A stretch of DNA of 64,000 nt from Methanobacteriota archaeon (GTDB taxonomy: Archaea > Halobacteriota > Bog-38 > Methanoflorentales > Methanoflorentaceae), in assembly GCA_963720465.1 (NCBI GenBank), contig OY970393.1, positions 448,001 through 512,000 of the forward strand. The letters run 5' to 3'. The notes below the pieces were generated by a model that had not been told where the DNA came from, searched no databases, and saw only the letters and a list, made by a program, of their open reading frames with translations. Each line of letters opens with the position of its first letter. The first letter of the stretch is position 1. This document shows, one piece after another, positions 20,736 through 30,361 of this stretch. A program made the translations under genes and the position numbers.

Positions 20736-21032
20736 GTGCCTGAAAAAGAACGGATCCCGGTCGCACCAGATGCAGTTTTCTATCATGATACAGAAACTTA
20801 TACCATTGTAGTGGAACTGCCTGGCGTGCACAAGAAGGATATCGAATTTGAGGCGATGGAAAATGGGTTTTGTGTCACGGCACCCAGAGACGATATCAAG
20901 TATAGCGGCTGCTGGGTACTTACCCACAAAACCGATCCTGCAAAAGCAACGGCGACGTTCTCGAATGGACTTTTAAAAGTGACCGTGCCGTTAGCTGAGC
21001 GAGTTGCAGGCTTTATGGTACCCATAAAATAA
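20736..21032 (+). CDS. Small heat-shock protein (Hsp20), copy 2
   Basis: VELPGV.K.DI, ATATFSNGLLKVTVP; clearly paralogous to copy 1. Confidence 0.93.
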   Translation: MPEKERIPVAPDAVFYHDTETYTIVVELPGVHKKDIEFEAMENGFCVTAPRDDIKYSGCWVLTHKTDPAKATATFSNGLLKVTVPLAERVAGFMVPIK

Positions 21033-21459
21033 ATTACCCTTTCGTCAATGCGCTTTTGTTACCCGACGGCGTCATTCCTGAGTTAGACATAGAGGGTTCG
21101 CAGATAAAGGGTACGCAACAGGGAGCACGATGCGTGAATTCCAGACAGCACGCGACAACGGCGAGAGATAAAAACTCTTTTTGACCAAATGGACGCGAAG
21201 TAGGTTTGCGATGATCCTAGGCGCTTTGCGTGCGAAGGGCCTGCCACACATTACGAAAGTGAGTAACCCCTAGCATGCGCTCGGAGCGGCTGAAGATTCG
21301 AGCAAAAGGTGCTCTATCACAGGATTGACGTGCAAATTCCGACGATGTCAAAAAATGTGATGATATCTCCCTGTTGCAAGACCTGCACACAACGAACATC
21401 GCGTTGCACGCGGTGTGCATAAAAAAGAGACGGGGAGGTCCCCCGGCTACACTCACGCT

Positions 21460-21939
21460 TTATTCAGGCGCAAGCACGGAATCAATAACGTGAATCACGC
21501 CATTATTGCATTCAATATTCGCCTGAATGACTATGGCATCGTCCACCGTTAGCTCTTCAAATGCCGCGATTTCATCGTCTTCGACAATGACATCATCTTC
21601 AACGGCCACCGTGTCCTCCTCGATGACCGCTGTCTCTGTTGCAATCGTCAGCTTCGCACCCTGAACGGTCTTTGCTGTCGTCATTTTCATCAGGTCGGTT
21701 GCCATGTATTTGCCGGCCACTACGTGATAGGCAAGCACGGCAGTGAGCCTGTCTTTGTCTTTTAACAGTTCGTCTACCGTGCCGGCTGGCAGCTCGGCAA
21801 ACGCGTCATCGTTCGGAGCAAATAGCGTAAAGGGCCCAGGGCCGCTCAAGGTATCGATGAGACCGGCTGCCGCCTTCAGTGCTGATACCAGCATTGTGAA
21901 GGAACCATCATCGATTGCTGTCTCTATAATATTTTTCAT
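21460..21939 (-). CDS. Fasciclin (FAS1) domain protein with an acidic insertion
   Basis: GPFTLFAPNDDAF, LAYHVV, NGVIHVIDSVL. Confidence 0.93.
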   Translation of the reverse strand: MKNIIETAIDDGSFTMLVSALKAAAGLIDTLSGPGPFTLFAPNDDAFAELPAGTVDELLKDKDRLTAVLAYHVVAGKYMATDLMKMTTAKTVQGAKLTIATETAVIEEDTVAVEDDVIVEDDEIAAFEELTVDDAIVIQANIECNNGVIHVIDSVLAPE

Positions 21940-23189
21940 ATTTCCTTGCTTCCTTTTTCACAAGCGCAGCAGGTGGAACGCATCACGTGCATCCGCGTGC
22001 GCTAAAGATCTCCTATCCCCATTTAAGCTTACGCTATTAAAAGCAAATGGTCTTGCAATTCGAGGCCGCAAAGCGATGCTCCTCGCTCGGACGGAACGCG
22101 ATTTCTGGGCTGCGTTTAAACGGGCTGCACCCATCGATTTTTTTATAACGCCTGGCTAGTCATACTTCAAATGCGGAAAAGGATTTTTTTGTGACTGGAA
22201 TTCAGGCCCTGGAACGATGCCGCTAGCCCTTAAGAAGCAGCAGCTGTGTATGAAGGGTGAACGAACGATTTTTTGGGTTTCTTCGAGGCGTTTCGGATTA
22301 CGACGCTAAGGAAAGGAAGCGTCAGCAGAACATTTCGGCTCTTCTGTTAACAGCGCGTTATGAATAGCGTGCTTTTTTACCTCCAAAGGGCCAGTTGAAC
22401 ATAAGAAGAGTCGAGCTGCGAGCGTGAGGCTCACAACGGAAGAAAAAAGCATAATCAAACACGCTCGAATTATCGACAAAAAAGTGAAGTTGGACTCTAT
22501 AGGATATGTGAATAGCGAAAGTGATCCCTTCCAATGGCGTGTTTGAGAGCCAAGGCGAGTTCGCCCAATGCTTCAGAGCAGAGATTTCTCTGCCCCGAAA
22601 GCTCTACTCCAAAAGCCATTGGAAGCTACCTTTTCCTCCACACATCCTATAGAGCGTACCTTAATTATATGCGCCTCTTCGATTTATACCTTTCATGAGA
22701 AGTGAGCGAATGCTGCCGACAAGCCCAAAAAAATGCCATACTAGGCACAAAGTGCTTTCTGACTTTGATTTTTATGAAGAGGGGGAGCCGGACTTCCTCA
22801 CAACCAAACTCTAAAACACCGACCTTTTTCAAGTGCTGCAGCACGAATGTAGCGTCCTTATCGCGCGGTCATTTCTGGCTCTGCTACTCCCAGAAACCGA
22901 GTACCATCCAGCTACTGTGCCGCTCAAATAGGATTCTCCTGCGCACTATTGTGATTTAGAGCAATTGCCGGCGTGCGCTTTGGCACCTGCTCCGAAAACC
23001 ACACGGATTAGCGTGCCAAATGCCTCTAGAAGCGAGCAATTGCGACTGCGTAAATATTTCAGTCTATTCGCCCTGAGAGGTATTTTGCGCTATTTTGGCT
23101 GCAATCAAAGCCTCCGAATTTGGACTATCTTGGGAGAGATCAAGCGAAGAAACGCTTAAAGCATAACCCATCATTATAACGTGTTGCGC

Positions 23190-23342
23190 ATGGGTATACT
23201 CAATTCAGCAATCCTGTTGATAGCTTTTATCTTCCTGCTATTCACATTCTGGCCAGGAGCACTCGTCGTAGTCGTGGTGTGGGTGTATTTGCAGTTTATA
23301 CGAAAGCCTCGGACCACGAGCACCACAGAAGGACAGCGATAG
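23190..23342 (+). CDS. 50-aa small membrane protein
   Basis: MGILNSAILLIAFIFLLFTFWPGALVVVVVWVYLQFIRKPR...; CTTAAA box about 30 nt upstream (leaderless-like). Confidence 0.55.
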   Translation: MGILNSAILLIAFIFLLFTFWPGALVVVVVWVYLQFIRKPRTTSTTEGQR

Positions 23343-24031
23343 GGCGCCACGACAGAAAAAGGAACGAGGCGTTATCAGCATTTTTGTTGCCCGATCTTTT
23401 ATTTAACCGGCTAGCCCCACTGTGAAACAGCAATTTTTTTATGACCTAACGACATAAATCTCCGACACTAACGGTCGCGCGAAAAGGCAGCAAATGTCTG
23501 TTTAAGAAGAATTATATATTATTGATGGAATAAAAACTAATGTTAAATATTGCTGCCGTTGCTTCTTACGGGTCGAACGGACGCGTTGCCAGCAAAGCGG
23601 TTTTTTGAAAGCCGAATTGCCAGGGCAAAGCAAAGCGAGCGAAAAAAATCCAGAGCGTAAGCCTTAAATCTAGTGTGTTCTATGTGCTGTGACAGTGAGT
23701 GATAACATGATCGAGATTGAAACCGTACCACAGGAAACCGCATACTGCGAGCGGTGCGGCAACCCAATTATTATCAAGACGTGGTTTGCTAAATTGTGTC
23801 ACGAGTGCTCACGTGCTGAGTTCAAGGAGCATTTCGAATCGTTCGCATCGTGATCGGAAGTCGCATACGGCGGCCTCGCTTTTTTTGGGGTGTCCGGCTT
23901 TGCCAGCCTTAGAGTTTTACTAGCCTTAGCGTAGTCGGCGCACGCTATTTTTTGTGCTTCAAGCGTTTTCAGTTGCGTGAAAAATGGCAACAACCCTTTT
24001 AAATCGCCGCGTCGTGGTTCACTCGGTGAAT

Positions 24032-24412
24032 ATGAAAGATTCAGAACTGATAAGCGAATGCAAAGCGACCGGGCGCGCGCTCAACTATGATGTCCAGTCG
24101 GCCGTCGACATCGGAGCTGGCGAAATCGACGTCGTTTGGACTAAGAAAGAGCATCCAAATCTCCCGACGTTCAAGCTCGGATTCTTCTTGTGTCCCACGG
24201 GAGGCGAAATCGCCACGGACTTCCTCACGCAGAGCGTCGCAAAGGCGCTGCTCTCTGTGTGTGACAAAGCGATCTTCCTCGTGCGCGATGACGCTTCATT
24301 GAAGTCGGTGAGAGGCAAGATTCAAGCGCTTGACGCAATCGGTGGGGTGCTGCAGCTCAAGAAATATGCCCACGCGATTACTTCAGACGAGCTGCTCGGA
24401 GGGATTAGGTAA
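24032..24412 (+). CDS. Hypothetical protein, possibly PD-(D/E)XK-like fold
   Basis: GAGEIDVVW motif; 11 nt from the next gene. Confidence 0.65.
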   Translation: MKDSELISECKATGRALNYDVQSAVDIGAGEIDVVWTKKEHPNLPTFKLGFFLCPTGGEIATDFLTQSVAKALLSVCDKAIFLVRDDASLKSVRGKIQALDAIGGVLQLKKYAHAITSDELLGGIR

Positions 24413-24423
24413 GAGGTGAAAAA

Positions 24424-24867
24424 ATGCGTATAGAACGCGGCAAACAAGCAAATCTGAAGGAGCTTAACGAGGATTTGTACCTGGAAGCGAACGTCCAGCT
24501 GTACCCTGTAGACAAGGACGCTACGATCAACGTCTACGGCATCTTGACGACTGAGAACAACGTCGTAATCAACGGCTCAATTGAGTGCTCTGAGGCTTTT
24601 TTCGGCGATAACTGTCACGTCAAGGGAACAGTAGTTACCGGCGGGATCAAGACGGGGAGCGGATTTAAGGCGCACCACGTTGAAGCCGGAGAACAGGCCG
24701 ACATCGGCAGCGACTCGCAAGTCAACAAGATCGACGCGGTTGGAGACGTGACGATCGGCAGCAATTCGCGCGTTCGGCACGCGATCAGCGAGCGTGGCCA
24801 GATTATCCTCGCTGCAGGAGCTGTTGTCGACGTCGCAGAAGCGGCTCAAGGCACGAAAAAAGCGTAG
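24424..24867 (+). CDS. Beta-helix protein (polymer-forming cytoskeletal/bactofilin-like)
   Basis: Repeated V.I.G.I, IGS.S.V strands; GAGGTGA SD. Confidence 0.7.
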   Translation: MRIERGKQANLKELNEDLYLEANVQLYPVDKDATINVYGILTTENNVVINGSIECSEAFFGDNCHVKGTVVTGGIKTGSGFKAHHVEAGEQADIGSDSQVNKIDAVGDVTIGSNSRVRHAISERGQIILAAGAVVDVAEAAQGTKKA

Positions 24868-24873
24868 CTCAAA

Positions 24874-25635
24874 TCAGAGAAAGATCTTCATCAGGTCGTA
24901 CGCGACGTCAACCCTTCCAGGGAACCTCTCCTTTACGACGTCGACCATGGCATCCTCATGCCCGCTCGCGTGCGGGTAGAGGTGGGTAAGCACGATGCGG
25001 TCGATGTGCTGGTCACGTATGAGATCGCGCAGCTTAGCTGGCGTCGTGTGGTTCGAGACCGAGGCGTACGCATCAGGGAACGAACACTCGTGGATTAGCA
25101 CGTCAACTTCGCCGTGACAAAGATCGCGGACACTTTCTGTGGGTTCGGTATCGCCTGAATACACGAGCGTCGACGTCGGCGTTTGCATGCGGTACGCGAT
25201 TGATGGAACGCTGTGCTTGGTCGCCCGAACGGAGGCCACTCCGTTTCCAACGCGAATGCTGTCGCCGTCATCAAGCTCTGTTACGTCGACATTGACGGTA
25301 AGATAATCATAGAGCTCGAGCAACTGCGCTACGTGGTGTTGCGTGCCGGCGGGACCATACACATTCATCGTCTCCACCTGCGCGTCTGAATCGACGGCGG
25401 TCAGTTGCTGCGCCTTGAGCAGTGCCAAAAAGTCAGAGTTGTGATCGAGGTGGTGGTGGGTGAAAAAGACCTTGTGTATTTTGCAATAATCGTAGCCGCT
25501 CTGCACGATACGGCCCAGGATGCCCGCCCCGCAATCAAAGAGTAGCAGTTCTTCCGGGGTCTTAACGAGAATGCCTGATTGGGCCTTTTCGAGCTGTGGA
25601 ATGGCGACGCCCGTCCCGAGGAGAATAATGTTCAT
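24874..25635 (-). CDS. MBL-fold metallo-hydrolase (RNase Z/arylsulfatase-like)
   Basis: LLGTG, DCG.G, THHHLDH, YSGDT, LIHECSF, LTHLYP. Confidence 0.92.
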   Translation of the reverse strand: MNIILLGTGVAIPQLEKAQSGILVKTPEELLLFDCGAGILGRIVQSGYDYCKIHKVFFTHHHLDHNSDFLALLKAQQLTAVDSDAQVETMNVYGPAGTQHHVAQLLELYDYLTVNVDVTELDDGDSIRVGNGVASVRATKHSVPSIAYRMQTPTSTLVYSGDTEPTESVRDLCHGEVDVLIHECSFPDAYASVSNHTTPAKLRDLIRDQHIDRIVLTHLYPHASGHEDAMVDVVKERFPGRVDVAYDLMKIFL

Positions 25636-25680
25636 TTAATCCCGGTAGCTCTATAGAGGCTTTAGGTACATAGCGTTTGC

Positions 25681-26145
25681 TTAGGGCTTAGCACACAGAC
25701 GGAGGGCCGTCTCAACGGCCGCCTCCGGTGAGTCGGCGAGAACGGTTCCCTCGATTTTCCACTTGGAGGCTAAGGTCACCACTGGTTTTGCCATCTGGAG
25801 AGCGAGGGCAATTTCTGAGAGTGTGCCAAACTCGCCGGCGATCGCGATGAGGCAATCGGCTGCTCGCGCGATAATAGCATTTCGCGCGTGGCCCATGTCC
25901 GTGGGGATCTTAACGTCGATAAAGGGATTCGCTTCGGTTTTCAAGGGACCTGGAAGAATTCCTACGGTGAGCCCCCCTGCAGCCTGTGCGCCGCGCGCAG
26001 CGGCTTCCATGACGCCCTCCCTTCCCCCACAGATAAGGATCGCCTCGCGGGACGCAATGAGGCTTCCTGTGCGCTCGGCAATACTCGCAATCTTGCTCGA
26101 GCAGCTCCTGCTTCCGATAATGCCAATTTGCGGACGGCTCGTCAT
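25681..26145 (-). CDS. LOG/lysine-decarboxylase-like (TIGR00725) protein
   Basis: CGG..GVMEA, GILPG, TDMGHARN, G..GTLSEI. Confidence 0.92.
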   Translation of the reverse strand: MTSRPQIGIIGSRSCSSKIASIAERTGSLIASREAILICGGREGVMEAAARGAQAAGGLTVGILPGPLKTEANPFIDVKIPTDMGHARNAIIARAADCLIAIAGEFGTLSEIALALQMAKPVVTLASKWKIEGTVLADSPEAAVETALRLCAKP

Positions 26146-26289
26146 TCTGGACACCACCTTGTATGCACTAGCTTCCGATTGACGCACGATGAACCTTTCC
26201 CCGTCTTGTGCATATCAAGCTCAAATGTTATTTTGACTCTTAAATCCATTTTTATTAGGGAATATTACCTTAAAATCGAAAAAATACCG

Positions 26290-26305
26290 AAAAAGTATAT
26301 ATATG
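26290..26305 (+). promoter_or_regulatory. BRE/TATA promoter of the histone gene
   Basis: AAAAAG-TATATATATG about 35 nt upstream of the ATG. Confidence 0.65.
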
Positions 26306-26338
26306 TTGAAAATCTCACTATAGAGCGAGGTAACTCAA

Positions 26339-26551
26339 ATGGCAGAATTACAAGCAGCAGGAGTAAGCAGGATTATCCGAAAAGCTGGAGCAGAGCGCGT
26401 GAGCGCTGAAGCGACAGAACAGTTTAGAGAATACCTAGAGACGTACGGCAAGGAACTCGCCGAAGAAGCAATCGAAATGGCAAAGCACGCGGGCCGCAAG
26501 ACGGTCAAAGCCGAAGACATTAAACTCGCCTGGACCAGACTCAATCGCTAG
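26339..26551 (+). CDS. Archaeal histone (HMf family)
   Basis: [26 protein letters not shown]. Confidence 0.96.
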   Translation: MAELQAAGVSRIIRKAGAERVSAEATEQFREYLETYGKELAEEAIEMAKHAGRKTVKAEDIKLAWTRLNR

Positions 26552-26569
26552 TCTCACTATCGTTTCTTT

Positions 26570-26610
26570 GGTAGCATCTCTTCGCACGCGAGATGCTATT
26601 GCTTATTTTT
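26570..26610. terminator. Hairpin between convergent histone and Zn-ribbon genes
   Basis: GGTAGCATCTC...GAGATGCTATT followed by a T-run. Confidence 0.55.
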
Positions 26611-26754
26611 TTATATTTTTTCTCTGTTCTTAACGTCGAGTACGAGCCATTTTCCTGCGGTATGGCAGCTCTTGCAGGTTAGCTTGTCCAGCTCGATAAA
26701 ATCGGTCCAGATTTCCGCGCCACAGACGCGACATCGGTAAAGATACGCTCTCAT
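26611..26754 (-). CDS. 47-aa zinc-ribbon protein
   Basis: GAGGT SD; YRCRVCG...CKSC. Confidence 0.7.
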   Translation of the reverse strand: MRAYLYRCRVCGAEIWTDFIELDKLTCKSCHTAGKWLVLDVKNREKI

Positions 26755-26848
26755 GTCAGTACCTCGCGTGCGATCAATAGTTTTTTGCACGCTGAGCGTA
26801 TTAAACCTTCTCACGTCGACGTCCAACCTGAATCAGTTCGCGTGCAAG

Positions 26849-27544
26849 TCATTCCACCCCATCGCCTGCCCGCAGAGGCGCCAATTCACTAGAATGCATC
26901 TCGGCTCGAAGATGCCTGGCCTTGATGTGAGCCAAACGAAGCGGCTCAGGTAATCTGTGGCTCACCACGCAGCGCTGAACGATTCGCAATGCGCCCTGCA
27001 ACGAAATACGGTTTCCTGGACTAATGAAGATCGGTTTTGTGCCGGCCGCCGTTTTTAAGACGAACCCAAACTGTTTGCCGTTGAATGTCAGCGCGGTGGA
27101 GCGGCCGGCTTGAGCCGGTTCAACGTACTCCCCGCAGAGGGCTTTTTTGGACACGCCAACCGTTGACGTGTTGAGAATAACTCCGACGTGCGACGCGATT
27201 CCTGCAAACCGGGGGTGGTTCATGCCGCACCCGTGGACGATTAAAACGTCAGGTCGCCTGCGCAGCTTCTCCACGGTGGCTATCACCGCGGGACCCTCGC
27301 GGAAAAAGAGGAGACCCGGCACGTACGGCATGGCTGCCGCCGCAATCGACGCAGACTCGTCTATGACGTTCATGAGTGTGTCAACAACGACGGCTGACGA
27401 AAACACCAGGCCCTCCTCAAAGGATTGCGCTACCGCCCCTATCGACGCAACGTCACGCGCGGGATCCTCTAGGACCACCTGCTTCGCGATGTTTGTTTGA
27501 ATCTGCCGTAAGGTGTGAAACTCACTCACGTCTTTTACAGCCAC
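26849..27544 (-). CDS. nfi: Endonuclease V
   Basis: PYVPGLL.FRE.P, G.G..HPR.AGIASH.G, GVSK, PIFISPG, RLPEP.R.AH. Confidence 0.92.
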   Translation of the reverse strand: MAVKDVSEFHTLRQIQTNIAKQVVLEDPARDVASIGAVAQSFEEGLVFSSAVVVDTLMNVIDESASIAAAAMPYVPGLLFFREGPAVIATVEKLRRRPDVLIVHGCGMNHPRFAGIASHVGVILNTSTVGVSKKALCGEYVEPAQAGRSTALTFNGKQFGFVLKTAAGTKPIFISPGNRISLQGALRIVQRCVVSHRLPEPLRLAHIKARHLRAEMHSSELAPLRAGDGVE

Positions 27545-27647
27545 GTCGGTTCGGCCTCCTGGAGATGATGCTCAAAAAAGCAAGCGCAAGCGACGTTTGC
27601 CCTGTCAGCTCGAAAAAAGTTCTCCCGCAGATGCGTTGATGGCGCGA

Positions 27648-28913
27648 TCACAACGCGTCGACGTCGCCCCAGTACGTTGGAGCGTCGGTCGTGCCGTGCC
27701 CTCGTTTGACGTAGTGCGTATTGAAGAGTTCCTTGTATCTTCTCGCGACCTCTTTCCACGTGATTGAGCGCCCATACATATACGTGCGAATTTCCATCTC
27801 CCGTCTCAGACGATCGTTGCGCATCAGCGTGGTAATCGCTTCGGCTATCTCCGTTGATTCCCCCGACTTGAGAAGCACGCCTCTTTCGTCTGCAAGCGCA
27901 TCTCGTGCGTGCACAAACGGCGTTGAGATTATGGCCTTTCCACAGCCTACTGCCTGGGACAGTACGCCACTCACGATCTGATCCCTGGCGAGATAAGGGA
28001 GGACGCAGATATCCGTGGCGAGAAAATGTAGGATCAGGTTTCGGTTGGTAAGATATCGGTCGACGAACTTGACGTTGTGCCCTAAATCGAGGTCTGTGAC
28101 GATCTCCTTCAGCCTTTCGCGATAGCGCTCGCCTTCGTTCTTCACGATATTTACGTGCGTCTCTCCGACGACCAAGTAGAGGGGGTCCGCTTCAGGATTA
28201 TCGGCAATCACCTGGGGCAGCGCTTCAAGGACATGCTCGATACCCTTTGCGGGATGGAGCAACCCGAATGACCCTATCACGAATCTGCGGGAGAGTCCTA
28301 GCTTCTTCTTCGGCCGCTCCGTGCTGATAAACGGAACGTCGGGCACGCCGTGCGGAATGACCTCAACTTTCTCAGGGCCTAAGTCAAACGCTTTTTTCAA
28401 TATATCGACGCCGACGTGCCCGGGTACAACGACGTTAGCTGAAAGACGGTACAGCTCGCGGGTAACCGCTTTGGCCTCTTCCGGGGGTCTCGGCAGCACC
28501 GTGTGCAGCGTCGTCACGATCGGGATTTCTAGAACTTCCATGAAATCGAGGATATATCGGCCCCACGAGCCACCATACAACCCATACTCGTGTTGTATGT
28601 TGACTACATCAGCGCGCGATGCGTTTATTTTTTCAGCTGCCTCGACAAAGCCGATTTGATCGGTATCTTTGATGACGTACGCGACCCGCGATCTCGGATA
28701 GATAAGCGGACTTAAACAGCCGTAAGCGCTTGAGTCCTTGTTTCCATCAATGGCACAAACGTTAGCTCTGATATCAGGGTTCTCACTAATAAGGGTGAAA
28801 AGCAGGTCTTGCGTGAATGTGGCGATACCACACTCTCGGGGAGGAAACGTGCTTACGAACGTAAGGCCCAGTCGGTTGCGCGGCATCAGACTGTGTATTA
28901 GGGTCCGACTCAC
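27648..28913 (-). CDS. GT4 glycosyltransferase (PPRECGIAT subfamily)
   Basis: FVSTFPPRECGIATF, IQHEYGLY, IPHG, KGIE, SGVLSQAVGCG. Confidence 0.92.
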   Translation of the reverse strand: MSRTLIHSLMPRNRLGLTFVSTFPPRECGIATFTQDLLFTLISENPDIRANVCAIDGNKDSSAYGCLSPLIYPRSRVAYVIKDTDQIGFVEAAEKINASRADVVNIQHEYGLYGGSWGRYILDFMEVLEIPIVTTLHTVLPRPPEEAKAVTRELYRLSANVVVPGHVGVDILKKAFDLGPEKVEVIPHGVPDVPFISTERPKKKLGLSRRFVIGSFGLLHPAKGIEHVLEALPQVIADNPEADPLYLVVGETHVNIVKNEGERYRERLKEIVTDLDLGHNVKFVDRYLTNRNLILHFLATDICVLPYLARDQIVSGVLSQAVGCGKAIISTPFVHARDALADERGVLLKSGESTEIAEAITTLMRNDRLRREMEIRTYMYGRSITWKEVARRYKELFNTHYVKRGHGTTDAPTYWGDVDAL

Positions 28914-29181
28914 TTAAAACTATTGAACTGCGCTCACGAAAGGACTACCGGAGGCCTGCGCGGCACTAGTTATAATCTATTGCGAGAGCCAGATGATGCC
29001 TTATACAAGCTCACGCGAATTCCTTAGACGTGGCTAACAGCACCGGCGACGCTACCTGCGCGGTCCCAGCCCCCCTCGTCTGAAGAGCACAAACGACATC
29101 AATAAACAGGTTTATGGGCATGAAACTCGCAGACTAGCAATTCAGACACTGCGACACTCGATTGTGGTGTTGGAGACAGGT

Positions 29182-30303
29182 ATGTGGGCAGAACGCACTT
29201 CACATTTTTCCCTTTCAGGAATTCGGGAGATGTTTGCGCTGACTAAACCCGGCGCGATCAACCTGGGGCTCGGCCAACCGGACTTCGACACGCCAACACA
29301 CATTAAAGAGGCGGCAAAAGAGGCACTAGACAAGGGGTACACCGGGTACACGCCTAACAAGGGCTTTCCTGAACTCATCGACGCAATCGCGAGCTACTAT
29401 GAACAGTACGGAGTCCAAGCTGGCCAGGAGCAGATCATATGCACTTCAGGTGGCAGCGAGGCCCTTCATCTGGCGTTCGAGGCTTTGATCAATCCAGGCG
29501 ACGAGGTGATACTCCCCGATCCCGGATTTGTCGCCTATGCACCACTCACACACGTGGCGGGTGGCGTGCCCGTGAGCGCGAGGGTGAGCGCTGATGATGG
29601 TTTCAGGCTGCAGCCTGACGCCGTTGCGGATCGCATCACGGACAAGACAAAAGCCCTGGTCATCAACTCACCGGCAAACCCCACTGGTGCGGTGCAGCGG
29701 TACGATGAGATCCGGGGGTTTGTTGAGCTCGCCGACGACCACGACTTCTACATAATTTCCGATGAGGTCTATGACAAGATACTCTACGAAGGAGAACACG
29801 TCAGCCCGGCAAGCATCGACCCAGACCGCGTGATTGTCGTTAATTCGGTGTCAAAAACGTATGCGATGACCGGGTGGCGGCTCGGGTACGCGATCGCGCC
29901 AGCCGCGATTGTTGAAGAGATGCTGAAAGTGCACCAATACATCCAGGCCTGCGCACCATCTATCTCGCAAAAAGCTGCTTATGCCGCGTTGACGGGCCCC
30001 CAGGAGAGCGTGAGATCCATGGTCGACGAGTTTCTCGCGCGACGCAGCGTCGTGGTGCAACACCTTAAGGGAATAGCTGACTGTGTGACGCCTGAAGGAG
30101 CGTTTTATGTGTTCCCACGGTTTGCCACGTCGGACACAAGCTTCGACCTCACGATGAGGCTTGCCCAAGCTGGCGTCATTGTTGTTCCGGGATCGGCGTT
30201 CGGGCGCTTTGGCGAGGGGCACGTTCGAATCTCGTACGCAGCGAGTCAAGAGAGCATTGACCGCGCGTTCCAAATCATCAGAGAACAGGTTTCGGCGCGT
30301 TAG
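29182..30303 (+). CDS. PLP-dependent class I (aspartate-type) aminotransferase
   Basis: GQPDF.TP, NSP.NPTG, SDEVY, SKTYAMTGWRLG. Confidence 0.95.
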   Translation: MWAERTSHFSLSGIREMFALTKPGAINLGLGQPDFDTPTHIKEAAKEALDKGYTGYTPNKGFPELIDAIASYYEQYGVQAGQEQIICTSGGSEALHLAFEALINPGDEVILPDPGFVAYAPLTHVAGGVPVSARVSADDGFRLQPDAVADRITDKTKALVINSPANPTGAVQRYDEIRGFVELADDHDFYIISDEVYDKILYEGEHVSPASIDPDRVIVVNSVSKTYAMTGWRLGYAIAPAAIVEEMLKVHQYIQACAPSISQKAAYAALTGPQESVRSMVDEFLARRSVVVQHLKGIADCVTPEGAFYVFPRFATSDTSFDLTMRLAQAGVIVVPGSAFGRFGEGHVRISYAASQESIDRAFQIIREQVSAR

Positions 30304-30361
30304 CCGCTGCGAGACTACTATAACACTCTGTCACCTGCCGCGGCCGGCGTGTTTATCTTTT

